Below are positions 24,389 to 33,387 of a stretch of DNA of 48,936 nucleotides, piece by piece. Origin of the DNA: Candidatus Binatia bacterium (GTDB lineage: Bacteria; Desulfobacterota; Binatia; UBA9968). Position 1 is the stretch's first letter, and every line of letters starts with the position of its first letter. The stretch lies in the NCBI GenBank assembly GCA_036522615.1, contig DATDFN010000168.1, positions 1 through 48,936 of the forward strand. Reading direction: 5' to 3'. The notes beneath the pieces are model-generated. The model made no database searches. It had not been told where the DNA came from and saw nothing but the letters and a program-made list of their open reading frames with translations. Made by a program: the position numbers and the translations under genes.

Positions 24389-25563
24389 GCGTCGGTTCCC
24401 GAGATTGCCTCGAGCGCGGTCGGGCGAGCGGGGGCTTCGTAAAGCGCGGCGGTTTCGCGCAGCATCGCTTGCCGTGAAAACCGTTCGGCCACCCGCTGCC
24501 GTCCGGCTGCGCCCATCGCTTCTCTTCTCGCGTCGTCGTCTAACAGTGCCAGCAGAGCTGCGGCGAGCGCATCGACATTCCCTCCCGGATAGAGCAAGCC
24601 TGTGACGCCGTCGGCGACGACTTCCGGTACGCCGCCCACGTCTGCGGCGACGACCGGCTTGCGGCAAGCCATCGCCTCCAGCAGGCTGATCGATTGCGCC
24701 TCGTCCCGCGACGGCAGAACGACGACGTCGAACGCGGGCATCAGCCGGCGCGCATCGCGGCGGTATCCGGCGAAACGGACCGCGCTCGACACGCGTCTTT
24801 TTTCGGCGAGCTCCCGCAGCGACTGCTCTTCGGGCCCGACGCCGATCAAGATGAATTTTACGTCGGGCTTGGCGGCGAGGACGCGAGGAATCGCGTCGAT
24901 TAAAAGATCCGCGCCTTTAAGGTAGTGTAAGCGGCCGACGAGGCCGACGGCCGTCGTGCTCTCCGGAAAGCCGAGTTCCGCAAGCGCTTGACGCCGGGTT
25001 AAAAGGGATTCGAACTCTCCAGGTTCGATGCCGTTGGGAATGACGGAGATTCGCTCCGGCGAGACGCCTTTTTTCTGCATCAGCTCTCGCTTCATGTAGC
25101 CGGAAACCGTGACGATCCGGCTGAAGCGCCGGAGCATCCAGGCGTCGACGCGCCGGCGGAACCCGGAATGGCGGAAGATCGGATTGTGCAGCGTCAAAAT
25201 CCGCGTAGCAATGCCTGCGGCGCAAGCCGCTACGACCGGCGCGTACATGAGTCCAAGCTGGCCGGCATGAAAATGGATGAGATCGAGGCGCGCAGCCTTC
25301 AAAGCGTTCCGAGTCGCAAGCGCAACGGGTAGGCCCGCCATCATCGGCCCGACGACTCCGCGCGTCGATCCCGTGTGCGCGCGCATCAGCCGCGGCGCAA
25401 TATCGATGGCGGCGAGGTCTTCGCGGAAGGATTCGACGCCGGGAACGTCGTCGCAGAAGACTTCGATGTGGTGAACGCCGCGGAGCCGCTCGATCAAGGT
25501 GAGCACGTGACGCTCGAGGCCGCCGATAGCGTTGGAGTTTAGATAATATCCGACCCTGAGCAT
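24385..25563 (-). CDS. glycosyltransferase family 4 (GT-B, GT1-type)
   Basis: PSRDEAQSISLLEAMACRKPV (E-x7-E) and GGVPEVVADGVTG. Clearly alignable by eye along its length with the GT4 at 15009..16163. Confidence 0.88.
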   Translation of the reverse strand: MLRVGYYLNSNAIGGLERHVLTLIERLRGVHHIEVFCDDVPGVESFREDLAAIDIAPRLMRAHTGSTRGVVGPMMAGLPVALATRNALKAARLDLIHFHAGQLGLMYAPVVAACAAGIATRILTLHNPIFRHSGFRRRVDAWMLRRFSRIVTVSGYMKRELMQKKGVSPERISVIPNGIEPGEFESLLTRRQALAELGFPESTTAVGLVGRLHYLKGADLLIDAIPRVLAAKPDVKFILIGVGPEEQSLRELAEKRRVSSAVRFAGYRRDARRLMPAFDVVVLPSRDEAQSISLLEAMACRKPVVAADVGGVPEVVADGVTGLLYPGGNVDALAAALLALLDDDARREAMGAAGRQRVAERFSRQAMLRETAALYEAPARPTALEAISGTDA

Positions 25564-25650
25564 GGCGTGTGCGCGCCAATTCTACCGATACACACGTCGC
25601 CGTTCAAATGAAACTTTCCGGCGAGCAGGCTTTCCAGGAAGAAATAAGAA

Positions 25651-25737
25651 TGGTGCGAGGAAGGGGATTTGAACCCCTACGCCATTTCTGGCACTAGCCC
25701 CTCAAACTAGCGCGTCTACCAATTCCGCCATCCTCGC
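25651..25737 (-). tRNA. tRNA-Leu (anticodon GAG), class II with long variable arm, CCA encoded
   Basis: The reverse complement reads GCGAGGATGGCGGAATTGGTAGACGCGCTAGTTTGAGGGGCTAGTGCCAGAAATGGCGTAGGGGTTCAAATCCCCTTCCTCGCACCA. Acceptor stem is 7 bp (GCGAGGA/TCCTCGC). Anticodon stem is CTAGT/GCTAG with loop TTGAGGG. The T-arm is GGGGTTCAAATCCCC. Confidence 0.93.
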
Positions 25738-25757
25738 GATGGAAGGCATGAAAATCT

Positions 25758-26132
25758 CTACTTCTGCGGTGCCGGCGTCGGTGTCTGCTGAGCGGGCGCG
25801 GGAGCCGAAGGAGAGGGAAGCGTTTGCGGCGCCGCACCGGGCGCCGGCTGCGCCGGTCGGGCCGGCGCGGACTCGCTCCGCGTATCGAAGACGCTCGTGG
25901 ACGAGTGCCGGCCGGAAAAATATCCAAGCGTCAGCGAGGTGATCATGAAGACGATCGCCATTCCGGTCGTGAGCCGCGTGAGAAAATTTCCCGCGCCGCT
26001 GCTGCCGAAGATCGTCGAGCTGGAGCCGCCGAAGACGGCGCCCATCTCCGCGCCTTTGCCTGTTTGCAACAGCACGACCAGGATGAGGCCGATGCTGACG
26101 ATTACGTGAAGAATGGTTACTGCTAGTATCAT
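25758..26132 (-). CDS. secG: preprotein translocase subunit SecG
   Basis: LILVVLLQTGKGAEMGAVFGGSSSTIFGSSGAGNFLTR motif, with a Pro/Ala-rich C-terminal tail. The start lies 1 nt after the tpiA stop. Confidence 0.9.
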   Translation of the reverse strand: MILAVTILHVIVSIGLILVVLLQTGKGAEMGAVFGGSSSTIFGSSGAGNFLTRLTTGMAIVFMITSLTLGYFSGRHSSTSVFDTRSESAPARPAQPAPGAAPQTLPSPSAPAPAQQTPTPAPQK

Positions 26133-26133
26133 A

Positions 26134-26889
26134 TCACTCTCGAAATGCCCGCGCGATTTTCAAAAAACCGTCGGCGTTCAGGCTCGCGCCGCCGACAAGG
26201 AATCCGTTGACCTCCGCGACCGCCGCAAGCGCGCGCGCGTTCTCTGCTTTGACGCTCCCGCCGTAGAGAATGCGGCAGTTTCCGGCGTGATCGCGGTTCC
26301 AGAGCTGAGCCAGCAGCCGTCGCAAGCCGCGATGCACGTCTTCGATTTGCCGCGGCGTGGCGTTATGGCCGGTGCCGATCGCCCACACGGGCTCGTACGC
26401 GACTGAGACGGTTTTTATAACATCTTTGTCCAGGGCCTTCAATGCGGATGTGAGCTGCCGCGAGACCACCGCATCGGTCTTGTCCGCCTGCCGCTCGTCC
26501 AGCGTCTCGCCGACGCAGAGGATCGGCTGCAAGCCGGCCGTGGTCGCCGCGGCGACCTTCTTCGCGATCATGTCGTCGTTTTCCATGAAGATATGGCGGC
26601 GCTCGGAATGGCCGAGGATGACGTAACGGCAGCCGAGCTCGCGGACCATTTCCGGGCTGACCTCGCCGGTAAAGGCGCCGCGCATCTCCCAGTGGACGTT
26701 CTGCGCCGAAAGCGCGACCGCGCTGTCGCGCGTGATCGCGGCGACCGTCGGAAGCGCCGTGAACGGCGGCGCGAGCGCGAGTTCGACGTCCGAAATGTTC
26801 CGCGCGCCGTTTACCACCCCGCGCGCCAGCTTGGAGGCCTCGGCGAGGGTGCCGTGCATCTTCCAGTTGCCGACGACGAGCGGCGTCAT
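26134..26889 (-). CDS. tpiA: triosephosphate isomerase
   Basis: VVGNWKMHG, ILGHSERR and AYEPVWAIGTG motifs. ATGA overlap with the pgk stop. Confidence 0.96.
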   Translation of the reverse strand: MTPLVVGNWKMHGTLAEASKLARGVVNGARNISDVELALAPPFTALPTVAAITRDSAVALSAQNVHWEMRGAFTGEVSPEMVRELGCRYVILGHSERRHIFMENDDMIAKKVAAATTAGLQPILCVGETLDERQADKTDAVVSRQLTSALKALDKDVIKTVSVAYEPVWAIGTGHNATPRQIEDVHRGLRRLLAQLWNRDHAGNCRILYGGSVKAENARALAAVAEVNGFLVGGASLNADGFLKIARAFRE

Positions 26890-28058
26890 CCCGCAGCCTC
26901 GAGCGCTTCGATGCCCGGGAGTTTTTTACCTTCCAGGAATTCAAGGGTCGCGCCGCCGCCGGTCGAGAGATGCGTAATGCGCTCGCCCACTCCGGCTTGC
27001 TCGACCGCCGCGACGGTGTCGCCCCCGGCGACGACGGTGACCGCGCCGCTGTCCGCCGCGGCGCGCGCGACGGCCTTCGTTCCGGCGCTGAATTTCTCCA
27101 CTTCGAAGAGCCCGACGGGGCCGTTCCAGAGGATCATCTTGGCTTTCTTGATCGCGCCGCTGAACAGCTGAATCGTCTTCGGACCGATGTCGAGGCCCAT
27201 GAGGTTCGGCGGGATGTTCTCGCCGATCGTGATGGGGTCCTTATCGCGCCCTTCCGCGGCGACATGATCGATCGGAAGCAGCAGCGCGATGTTCGATTGT
27301 TTCGCTTTGGCGATGAGGTCGCGCGCAAGCTCGACCCGGTCTTCTTCAACGAGCGAGCGGCCGATCGACACGCCTTTGGCTTTCAAGAACGTATAAGCCA
27401 TGCCGCCGCCGATCAGCAAGCTGTCGATCTTGGGCATGAGATTGTTGATCACGCCGATCTTATCGGAAACCTTCGCCCCGCCGAGGATCGCCGCGAACGG
27501 CCGCTCGGGCTTGCCGAGCAGCCGTCCCAAATAGTCGAGCTCTTTCTTAAGCAGCAGCCCGGCGCCTTTCTCGGTAAAAAACTTCGCCATGCCGGCGGTC
27601 GAAGCGTGGGCGCGATGCGCCGCCCCGAAGGCGTCGTTGACGTACACGTCGGCGAGCGCCGCGAGCCGCTTCGCGAACTCGGGGTCGTTTTTCTCCTCCT
27701 CTTTGTGGAAGCGGAGATTCTCCAGCATCACGACCTTGGAACCGGCTTCGCGAACCAGCGCCTCGACCTCCGGCCCGATGCAGTCCGGGGCGAGGACGAC
27801 GGGACTTCCGAGCAGCTTCTCCAGCGCCGCACGCACCGGGGCGAGGCTCCACTCGGGACTTTTTTTCCCGCCCGGACGGCCGAGGTGGGAGGCGACGATC
27901 AACTTTTTGGCTTTGGACAAAATATAGCGCAGCGTCGGCAGCGTGCTCTCGATCCGATGCATCTCGGTGATCGCGCCGTTTTCAATCGGCACGTTGAAAT
28001 CGGCGCGCACGAAAACGCGCTTGCCGTCGATATCGAGCTGTTTGACGTCGCGGATCAT
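26886..28058 (-). CDS. pgk: phosphoglycerate kinase
   Basis: VFVRADFNVP, ASHLGRP, NDAFGAAHRAHAS and HLSTGGGATLEFLEG motifs. Confidence 0.96.
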   Translation of the reverse strand: MIRDVKQLDIDGKRVFVRADFNVPIENGAITEMHRIESTLPTLRYILSKAKKLIVASHLGRPGGKKSPEWSLAPVRAALEKLLGSPVVLAPDCIGPEVEALVREAGSKVVMLENLRFHKEEEKNDPEFAKRLAALADVYVNDAFGAAHRAHASTAGMAKFFTEKGAGLLLKKELDYLGRLLGKPERPFAAILGGAKVSDKIGVINNLMPKIDSLLIGGGMAYTFLKAKGVSIGRSLVEEDRVELARDLIAKAKQSNIALLLPIDHVAAEGRDKDPITIGENIPPNLMGLDIGPKTIQLFSGAIKKAKMILWNGPVGLFEVEKFSAGTKAVARAAADSGAVTVVAGGDTVAAVEQAGVGERITHLSTGGGATLEFLEGKKLPGIEALEAAG

Positions 28059-28138
28059 ATCATCTCGCGCCCGCGCTAGAAAAACGACGCCGGGACTTTA
28101 TTTGATTCATTACAGCGGTTATAATCCTTTTTCAACGA

Positions 28139-28900
28139 ATGTCTGGACACGTGATATCCCACCTCTCACTTCTCCAGCTCATGGCCCAGAGCGACATCAC
28201 GGTGCCTCAACAGCACGGCATTTTGGATCTCGTTCAAGGGTCCAGTCCGCTCGTTCAGGGCGTGCTCTACCTGCTCATTCTTTTTTCGGTGCTGAGCTGG
28301 GGCATCATCTTCTACAAATCGAACCAGGTGCGGCGCGCCAAGCGCGAATCGGAGAAATTCATCGAGATTTTTTGGGACAGCCGCAATCTCGCCTCGATTC
28401 ACGATGCGAGCCGCGATTTGAAAGCGGGGCCGGTCGCGCAGGTTTTTCGCGCGGGCTACGAAGAGCTGCTGCGCGTTCCGCGCGGCAAAAAGGAAATCCT
28501 CGCGGCCGCCGGCGAGCCGCTCTCGACGGAGCTCGGCGGCGTCGACAACGTGACGCGCGCCATGAAGCGCGCGACCAGCGTCGAAATTACGAAGCTGGAA
28601 AAGTCGCTCACCTTCCTCGGCACGACCGCCAGCGCGACGCCTTTCATCGGGCTTTTCGGCACGGTGTGGGGTATCATGAACGCGTTTCGCGGGCTGAGCG
28701 CGACGCACTCTTCCAGCATCCAGGCCGTCGCCCCCGGCATCGCGGAGGCGTTGATCGCCACGGCCGCCGGCCTCGCGGCGGCGATACCGGCGCTCATGGC
28801 GTATAATTTCTTTGTCCAGCGCATCAAAGAGCTGGCAGCCGACATGGACAACTTTTCGCATGAATTTTTGAATATCGCCGAGCGTCACTTTCTAAAATGA
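28139..28900 (+). CDS. tolQ: Tol-Pal system protein TolQ (MotA/TolQ/ExbB proton channel)
   Basis: ILDLVQGSSPLVQGVLYLLILFSVLSWGIIFYK and LGTTASATPFIGLFGTVWGIMNAF motifs, in tol-pal context. An alternative start is ATG 28181. A perfect TATAAT at 28120-28125 with a poor -35 lies upstream. Confidence 0.88.
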   Translation: MSGHVISHLSLLQLMAQSDITVPQQHGILDLVQGSSPLVQGVLYLLILFSVLSWGIIFYKSNQVRRAKRESEKFIEIFWDSRNLASIHDASRDLKAGPVAQVFRAGYEELLRVPRGKKEILAAAGEPLSTELGGVDNVTRAMKRATSVEITKLEKSLTFLGTTASATPFIGLFGTVWGIMNAFRGLSATHSSSIQAVAPGIAEALIATAAGLAAAIPALMAYNFFVQRIKELAADMDNFSHEFLNIAERHFLK

Positions 28901-28983
28901 AGCGATAGAGGCGAGGTGCGTCAAAAGATTGTAAGAAACACTTCCCGCCGCGCGATCTAATCGCTAGTCTTTAGGAGTATAAA

Positions 28984-29409
28984 ATGGCTGTCGATACCTC
29001 GTCACAACAAAGCGGAACGACGATCTCGCAGATCAACGTGACGCCGCTCGTCGACGTTATGCTGGTGCTGCTGGTGATCTTCATGGTCACCGCGCCGATC
29101 ATCCAGCAGGGCGTGCAGGTCAATCTGCCGCAGGCTCGCGCCGGGGCGATCGCCGGCAAAGAGGAGCAGCTCGTCGTCTCCGTCAACAAGAACGGACGCA
29201 TCTACCTGAACGATACGCAAATGTCGCCGACGGAGTTGGGGCAGAAGCTGCGCGCGATCCGCAAGCTCGAGCCGGACAAAGAAGTCATTTTGCGCGCGGA
29301 CCAGGACGTCCGCTACGGCATCGTCATGCGCGCGATCGCGGAAATCAAGGAAGCGGGGATTCAAAAGGTGGGTATGGTGACGCGCCCACCGCAGCAAGAG
29401 GAAGGCTGA
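28984..29409 (+). CDS. tolR: Tol-Pal system protein TolR (ExbD/TolR family)
   Basis: ISQINVTPLVDVMLVLLVIFMVTAP and the ExbD-type periplasmic domain, in tol-pal context. Confidence 0.9.
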   Translation: MAVDTSSQQSGTTISQINVTPLVDVMLVLLVIFMVTAPIIQQGVQVNLPQARAGAIAGKEEQLVVSVNKNGRIYLNDTQMSPTELGQKLRAIRKLEPDKEVILRADQDVRYGIVMRAIAEIKEAGIQKVGMVTRPPQQEEG

Positions 29410-30431
29410 TGGCGAAAAGCCAGCTTAAACCTTTGCCGTATCTCGGACGCCCGGAGGGTCCGTCCGAGGGCCTGCCGCGGGCATGGAAGTGGATCATCCT
29501 CTCCGGCATCGCGCACGTCGTCGTTGTCACCGTGCTTCTGATCGCTCCGATATTCGGTCCTAAAGACGCACCGCCGCCGCCCGTATATACGGTCGACCTG
29601 ATGGGGGGCGAGAAACTCGGCGCCGGCGCCGGCACGTCGCTTAAACCCATGCCGGCGCCGAAGCCGGAGCCGATGGCGCCGGAAGAAAAGAGCGCGCCGC
29701 CGGTGCAAGAAACGAAAAAAGCCAAAGAGCCGCCGAAGCCCACGGCGCAGGAGATAAAAGAAGCGAAGGCCAAGGCCGCGGCCGATGCGCGCGCCGAGAT
29801 GGTCGAAAAAGTCAAAGCGAAAAAAGAGGCGGAGGAAAAGCGCAGGAAAGAAGCGGATGAGAAACGGCTCGCCGACGAAAAGGCGGTGGCCGAGCGACGC
29901 GCGAGGCTAGAAGATCTGAACAAAAAGCGCAAAGAGGCGGCGCTGGCCGATCTTCGCGCGAAGCTCGAAGAGCGTCAGCGGCAGCAGGCGCTCGAAGAAA
30001 AGATGCAGCAGCAGAAGTTGCAGGAACAACAAAGGGCGGAACAACAGCGCGCGCAGCAGCAGGCGACGAGCACGATCTCGGGGAATAATCCTGGCGCCGC
30101 GACTTCCGGGCCCGGCGTAGGAATGGGAGGGGGAATTCAAAAAAGCCCAGAATACATCCGCTACCGCAATGAAATGGAGCACCGCATTCAGGATAGTTTT
30201 ACGTGGCCGGGTTTGAGAAACGATCTTACGGTTCTGGTTCGATACAGCATTCAGGACAGCGGAGAAATAACGTCTGTCAGAATCACGAAATCGTCGGGCG
30301 ATCGTTCCTTTGACGATGCGGTTATTCGCGCCATCAAGAAGGCGAGCCCGTTGCCTCCACTGCCGGACAATTTGAAGAATGAACTTCGAGAATGGGAGTA
30401 CGGCTTTAACGCTGCGAAGCTGAGAGGATGA
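29409..30431 (+). CDS. tolA: cell envelope integrity protein TolA (TM anchor, Lys/Glu/Ala/Gln coiled coil, TonB/TolA C-terminal domain)
   Basis: Lies between tolR and tolB. Has the TM segment WIILSGIAHVVVVTVLLIAP, a long charged helical region and the C-terminal VLVRYSIQDSGEITSVRITKSSGDRSFDDAVIRAIKKASPLPPLP. Confidence 0.78.
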   Translation: MAKSQLKPLPYLGRPEGPSEGLPRAWKWIILSGIAHVVVVTVLLIAPIFGPKDAPPPPVYTVDLMGGEKLGAGAGTSLKPMPAPKPEPMAPEEKSAPPVQETKKAKEPPKPTAQEIKEAKAKAAADARAEMVEKVKAKKEAEEKRRKEADEKRLADEKAVAERRARLEDLNKKRKEAALADLRAKLEERQRQQALEEKMQQQKLQEQQRAEQQRAQQQATSTISGNNPGAATSGPGVGMGGGIQKSPEYIRYRNEMEHRIQDSFTWPGLRNDLTVLVRYSIQDSGEITSVRITKSSGDRSFDDAVIRAIKKASPLPPLPDNLKNELREWEYGFNAAKLRG

Positions 30432-31759
30432 AGCCGCTGTTGAAAAAAATCGTTTTGACCGGACTGCTGACCTTTGCGTTCGTGACCTTGATCAGAGGCC
30501 ATTTCTACGCTCAGGTCAACACCGGGACGATCGACCTGACCGGCGGCCGCCGCGTGCCGATCGCCATCGCGCCGCTCAGAAACTTGGGTTCCGTTGATGA
30601 TTCGCGCGGGGTGGGCGAAGGCGTCGCCGACGCGATCGCCAACGACATGCGACTGTCCGGCTGGTTTCGCGTCCTCGATCGCTCGGCTTACATCGAAGGT
30701 TCGCAAAGCGGCATCACCGCCGATACTATTAATTTCAAAAACTGGACGACCATCAACGCCGAGAGTCTCGTGAAGGGCGGCTTCAGCTTGCAAGGGGACG
30801 ATCTCACTGTCGAGCTGCGCCTGTTCGACGTTTATCAGGGGAAGCAGCTCGTCGGAAAAAGATACAGCGGCAAGGTGCGCGATTTCCGCCGCATCGCGCA
30901 CCGCTTCTCCGACGAGATCATCAATCAATTCACCGGCACGCCGGGTCCGTTCAACACCCGCATCGCCTACGTATCGAACGGCGGCGGCGGGCTCAAAGAA
31001 GTCTACTTTTCGCATTTGGACGGCACGGACAAATTCCAGGTGACGACCAACAAGTCGATCAATCTCTCTCCGGCCTGGAGCCCCGACGGCAGGATGCTGC
31101 TTTATACTTCCTACGGCGCAGGACAGCGGAGCCTTTACTTGTACGATTTGACGACCGGACGCCATACTCCCATCGGCGAGCAGAACGGCTCGAGCATCGG
31201 CGGCAGGTGGTCGCCCGACGGCCAGCGCGTCGCGGTGTCGTTCGAGCGCGGCGGAAATACCGATGTCTACATTCTCGACCGCGGCGGCAGAACGATACGG
31301 CGTCTGACGGAGGACCGCGGCATCGACGTTTCGCCTTCGTGGTCGCCGGACGGTAACCGTCTCGCATTCGTATCCAATCGCAGCGGCAACCCGCAGATCT
31401 ATCTTCTCGATGTCGCGACCGGCAACGCGCGCCGGCTCACTTTTTCCGGATCCTACAACACCTCACCAGATTGGTCGCCTAAGGGGGATAAGATCGCTTA
31501 CACCGGCCGCGTCTCCGGCCGCTTCCAGATATTCACCATTCCGGCCCAAGGTGGCGAGCCCCAGCAGCTCACCTCCGGGTCCGGCGACAATGAAGACCCG
31601 TCGTGGGCGCCGGATAGCCGGTTTATCGCGTTTTCGTCCAATCGAGGCGGAGGCCGCTACCACCTTTACATGATGCGTGATACCGGAGAAAATCAGCAAA
31701 GATTGACAGCTTCTGGGGGAGATGATACTAATCCATCATGGTCCCCGCGCCTGGAATAA
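30428..31759 (+). CDS. tolB: Tol-Pal system beta-propeller protein TolB
   Basis: Signal peptide, then repeated WSPDG / SPDWSP propeller motifs, in tol-pal context. Confidence 0.93.
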   Translation: MKPLLKKIVLTGLLTFAFVTLIRGHFYAQVNTGTIDLTGGRRVPIAIAPLRNLGSVDDSRGVGEGVADAIANDMRLSGWFRVLDRSAYIEGSQSGITADTINFKNWTTINAESLVKGGFSLQGDDLTVELRLFDVYQGKQLVGKRYSGKVRDFRRIAHRFSDEIINQFTGTPGPFNTRIAYVSNGGGGLKEVYFSHLDGTDKFQVTTNKSINLSPAWSPDGRMLLYTSYGAGQRSLYLYDLTTGRHTPIGEQNGSSIGGRWSPDGQRVAVSFERGGNTDVYILDRGGRTIRRLTEDRGIDVSPSWSPDGNRLAFVSNRSGNPQIYLLDVATGNARRLTFSGSYNTSPDWSPKGDKIAYTGRVSGRFQIFTIPAQGGEPQQLTSGSGDNEDPSWAPDSRFIAFSSNRGGGRYHLYMMRDTGENQQRLTASGGDDTNPSWSPRLE

Positions 31760-31768
31760 CTTAGGAAA

Positions 31769-32359
31769 ATGGGGAGAAAAATGGCTAAGTTAAACGATTT
31801 TTGGTACGCGGTTATCATCGTTATCGCACTCAGTTTCGTAGCCTGCTCCAAAACGGCAACACCCAATGGTCCTGGTGCAGGAACGGGTCCGGGCGGTCGG
31901 CCGGGCGGGCAAACTAGCCCGAATGATAAGACCGGCTCAAACGACCTGGGTACAGGGGGCGGTAGCCTGAGCGAGGCGGGCAAAGGTCAGAGTACAGAGA
32001 CCCCGCGTTCCAGCCCGCTTCAAGAAGTCTACTTCGGTTTCGATAGCTTCGATCTCTCCAACGACGCGCGCGCCACGCTCAAAAGAAACGCCGATTGGCT
32101 GAAGGCCAATCAATCCGTGCGCGTCGAGATCGAAGGGCACTGCGACGACCGCGGCACGAACGAATACAATCTCGCGCTCGGCGCAAAACGCGCGCAGGCG
32201 TCGAAAGATTATCTCGTCAGCCTCGGCATATCCGCCGATCGGCTGTCGACCATCAGCTACGGCGAAGAGCTGCCGGTCTGCCGCGAGCAGACGGAGGATT
32301 GCTGGCAGAAGAACCGCCGCGATCGCTTTGTCGTTGCGACCGGCCGACCCTCTTCTTAA
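31769..32359 (+). CDS. pal: peptidoglycan-associated lipoprotein Pal (OmpA family)
   Basis: Lipobox LSFVAC and the OmpA-like motif IEGHCDDRGTNEYNLALGAKRA. An alternative start is ATG 31781. Confidence 0.92.
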   Translation: MGRKMAKLNDFWYAVIIVIALSFVACSKTATPNGPGAGTGPGGRPGGQTSPNDKTGSNDLGTGGGSLSEAGKGQSTETPRSSPLQEVYFGFDSFDLSNDARATLKRNADWLKANQSVRVEIEGHCDDRGTNEYNLALGAKRAQASKDYLVSLGISADRLSTISYGEELPVCREQTEDCWQKNRRDRFVVATGRPSS

Positions 32360-32416
32360 GTCGGCAACGAATCCCGATGAGACACTCGGGGATCGAGACT
32401 TCGCTTTCCTAGTTTC

Positions 32417-33283
32417 ATGAAGCGATTCTACGCTGCGATCGTCTCGGCCGCGCTGCTTTTGCCGGCTTGCTCGATTCCCGAACAAATCAGCAGCATCGAG
32501 CGTGAGCAGAGGACGCTCAAGAGCCAAACGCTTGCGAGCCGGAGCGACGTCGACGCGGTCCGCGCGAATCTCGCCGATACGCGCGCGAATCTCGACCAGC
32601 TGCATCGCGAAGTGAACGCGCTGAAGGAGAAGGTCGAGGAGGTCCGGTACCAGTTCGACCGGCGCCTCGGCCAAGTCGGGCAATCGAGCCGCGACGGCGA
32701 TCAGCGTCTGAAAGACCTCGAAACTCGTCTCGCCAAAGTAACCGAAGAGCTCAAATCGCAGGCCGCCCAGCTAAAGGCCCGCGACGAAGAACTGCGGAAA
32801 ATGCGCGAATCGATGGCCGCCGAGACGGCTTCCGTCCGCGCGGCGAACGAAGCGCGCGAAAAAGCGGCCGCCGAGAGCGCGTCCGCGCGCAGAGACTACG
32901 ACGACGCGCTGAGGCTGGTGGACCGCAAAGACTACGCCGGGGCGATTCCGAAGTTTAGGGAATTCCTGAAAAAAAATCCTAACGGCGAACTGTCCGACAA
33001 CGCGCAATACTGGCTCGGCGAGTGCTACTACGCGATCAAGGACTACGAGCAGGCGATTCTCGCGTTCGACGACGTCAGCCGGAAATGGCCCAAGGGTGAT
33101 AAGGTTCCCGCAGCGCTGCTGAAGCAGGGCTTCGCCTTCGCCGAGTTGGGCGATAAGGCGCAGGCGCGATTGATGCTGCAAGACCTGGTCACCCGCTTTC
33201 CGCAGTCCGACGAAGCGGCAAAAGCGAAACAGAGACTCAAAACGCTGGAAAGCCCGCCGCCGCGGCCGGCTGCCGGTAGATGA
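32417..33283 (+). CDS. cpoB: Tol-Pal system protein CpoB/YbgF (coiled coil + TPR)
   Basis: Signal/lipobox-like N-terminus, a coiled-coil segment and the C-terminal TPR region YDDALRLVDRKDYAGAIPKFREFLKKNP...AQYWLGECYY. It sits directly after pal. Confidence 0.85.
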   Translation: MKRFYAAIVSAALLLPACSIPEQISSIEREQRTLKSQTLASRSDVDAVRANLADTRANLDQLHREVNALKEKVEEVRYQFDRRLGQVGQSSRDGDQRLKDLETRLAKVTEELKSQAAQLKARDEELRKMRESMAAETASVRAANEAREKAAAESASARRDYDDALRLVDRKDYAGAIPKFREFLKKNPNGELSDNAQYWLGECYYAIKDYEQAILAFDDVSRKWPKGDKVPAALLKQGFAFAELGDKAQARLMLQDLVTRFPQSDEAAKAKQRLKTLESPPPRPAAGR

Positions 33284-33387
33284 TCGCGCGCGATCGACGG
33301 TCGCGTACGAACCACCGTATTGCGTTCGCATCGGCATTCAAAAACGTCAGCCGCAATTCCGCGACCGCCGTTCCACATCAATAAAAT

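Noticed and set aside
15009-25737. The glycan locus as a tRNA-Leu-targeted genomic island.
   Set aside because: No integrase, recombinase, transposase or phage gene is present. By eye I could not find a direct repeat of the tRNA 3' segment (GGGGATTTGAACCCC...) at the far boundary. Base composition and codon style look the same as the flanking housekeeping genes. A computational repeat search could still overturn this.
33282-33295. Perfect 14-nt palindrome GATCGCGCGCGATC straddling the cpoB stop codon (TGA 33281-33283).
   Set aside because: It is a short GC-only palindrome that could form at most a 5-bp stem, with no T-tract. In a high-GC genome this can arise by chance, so it is not convincing as a terminator or binding site.
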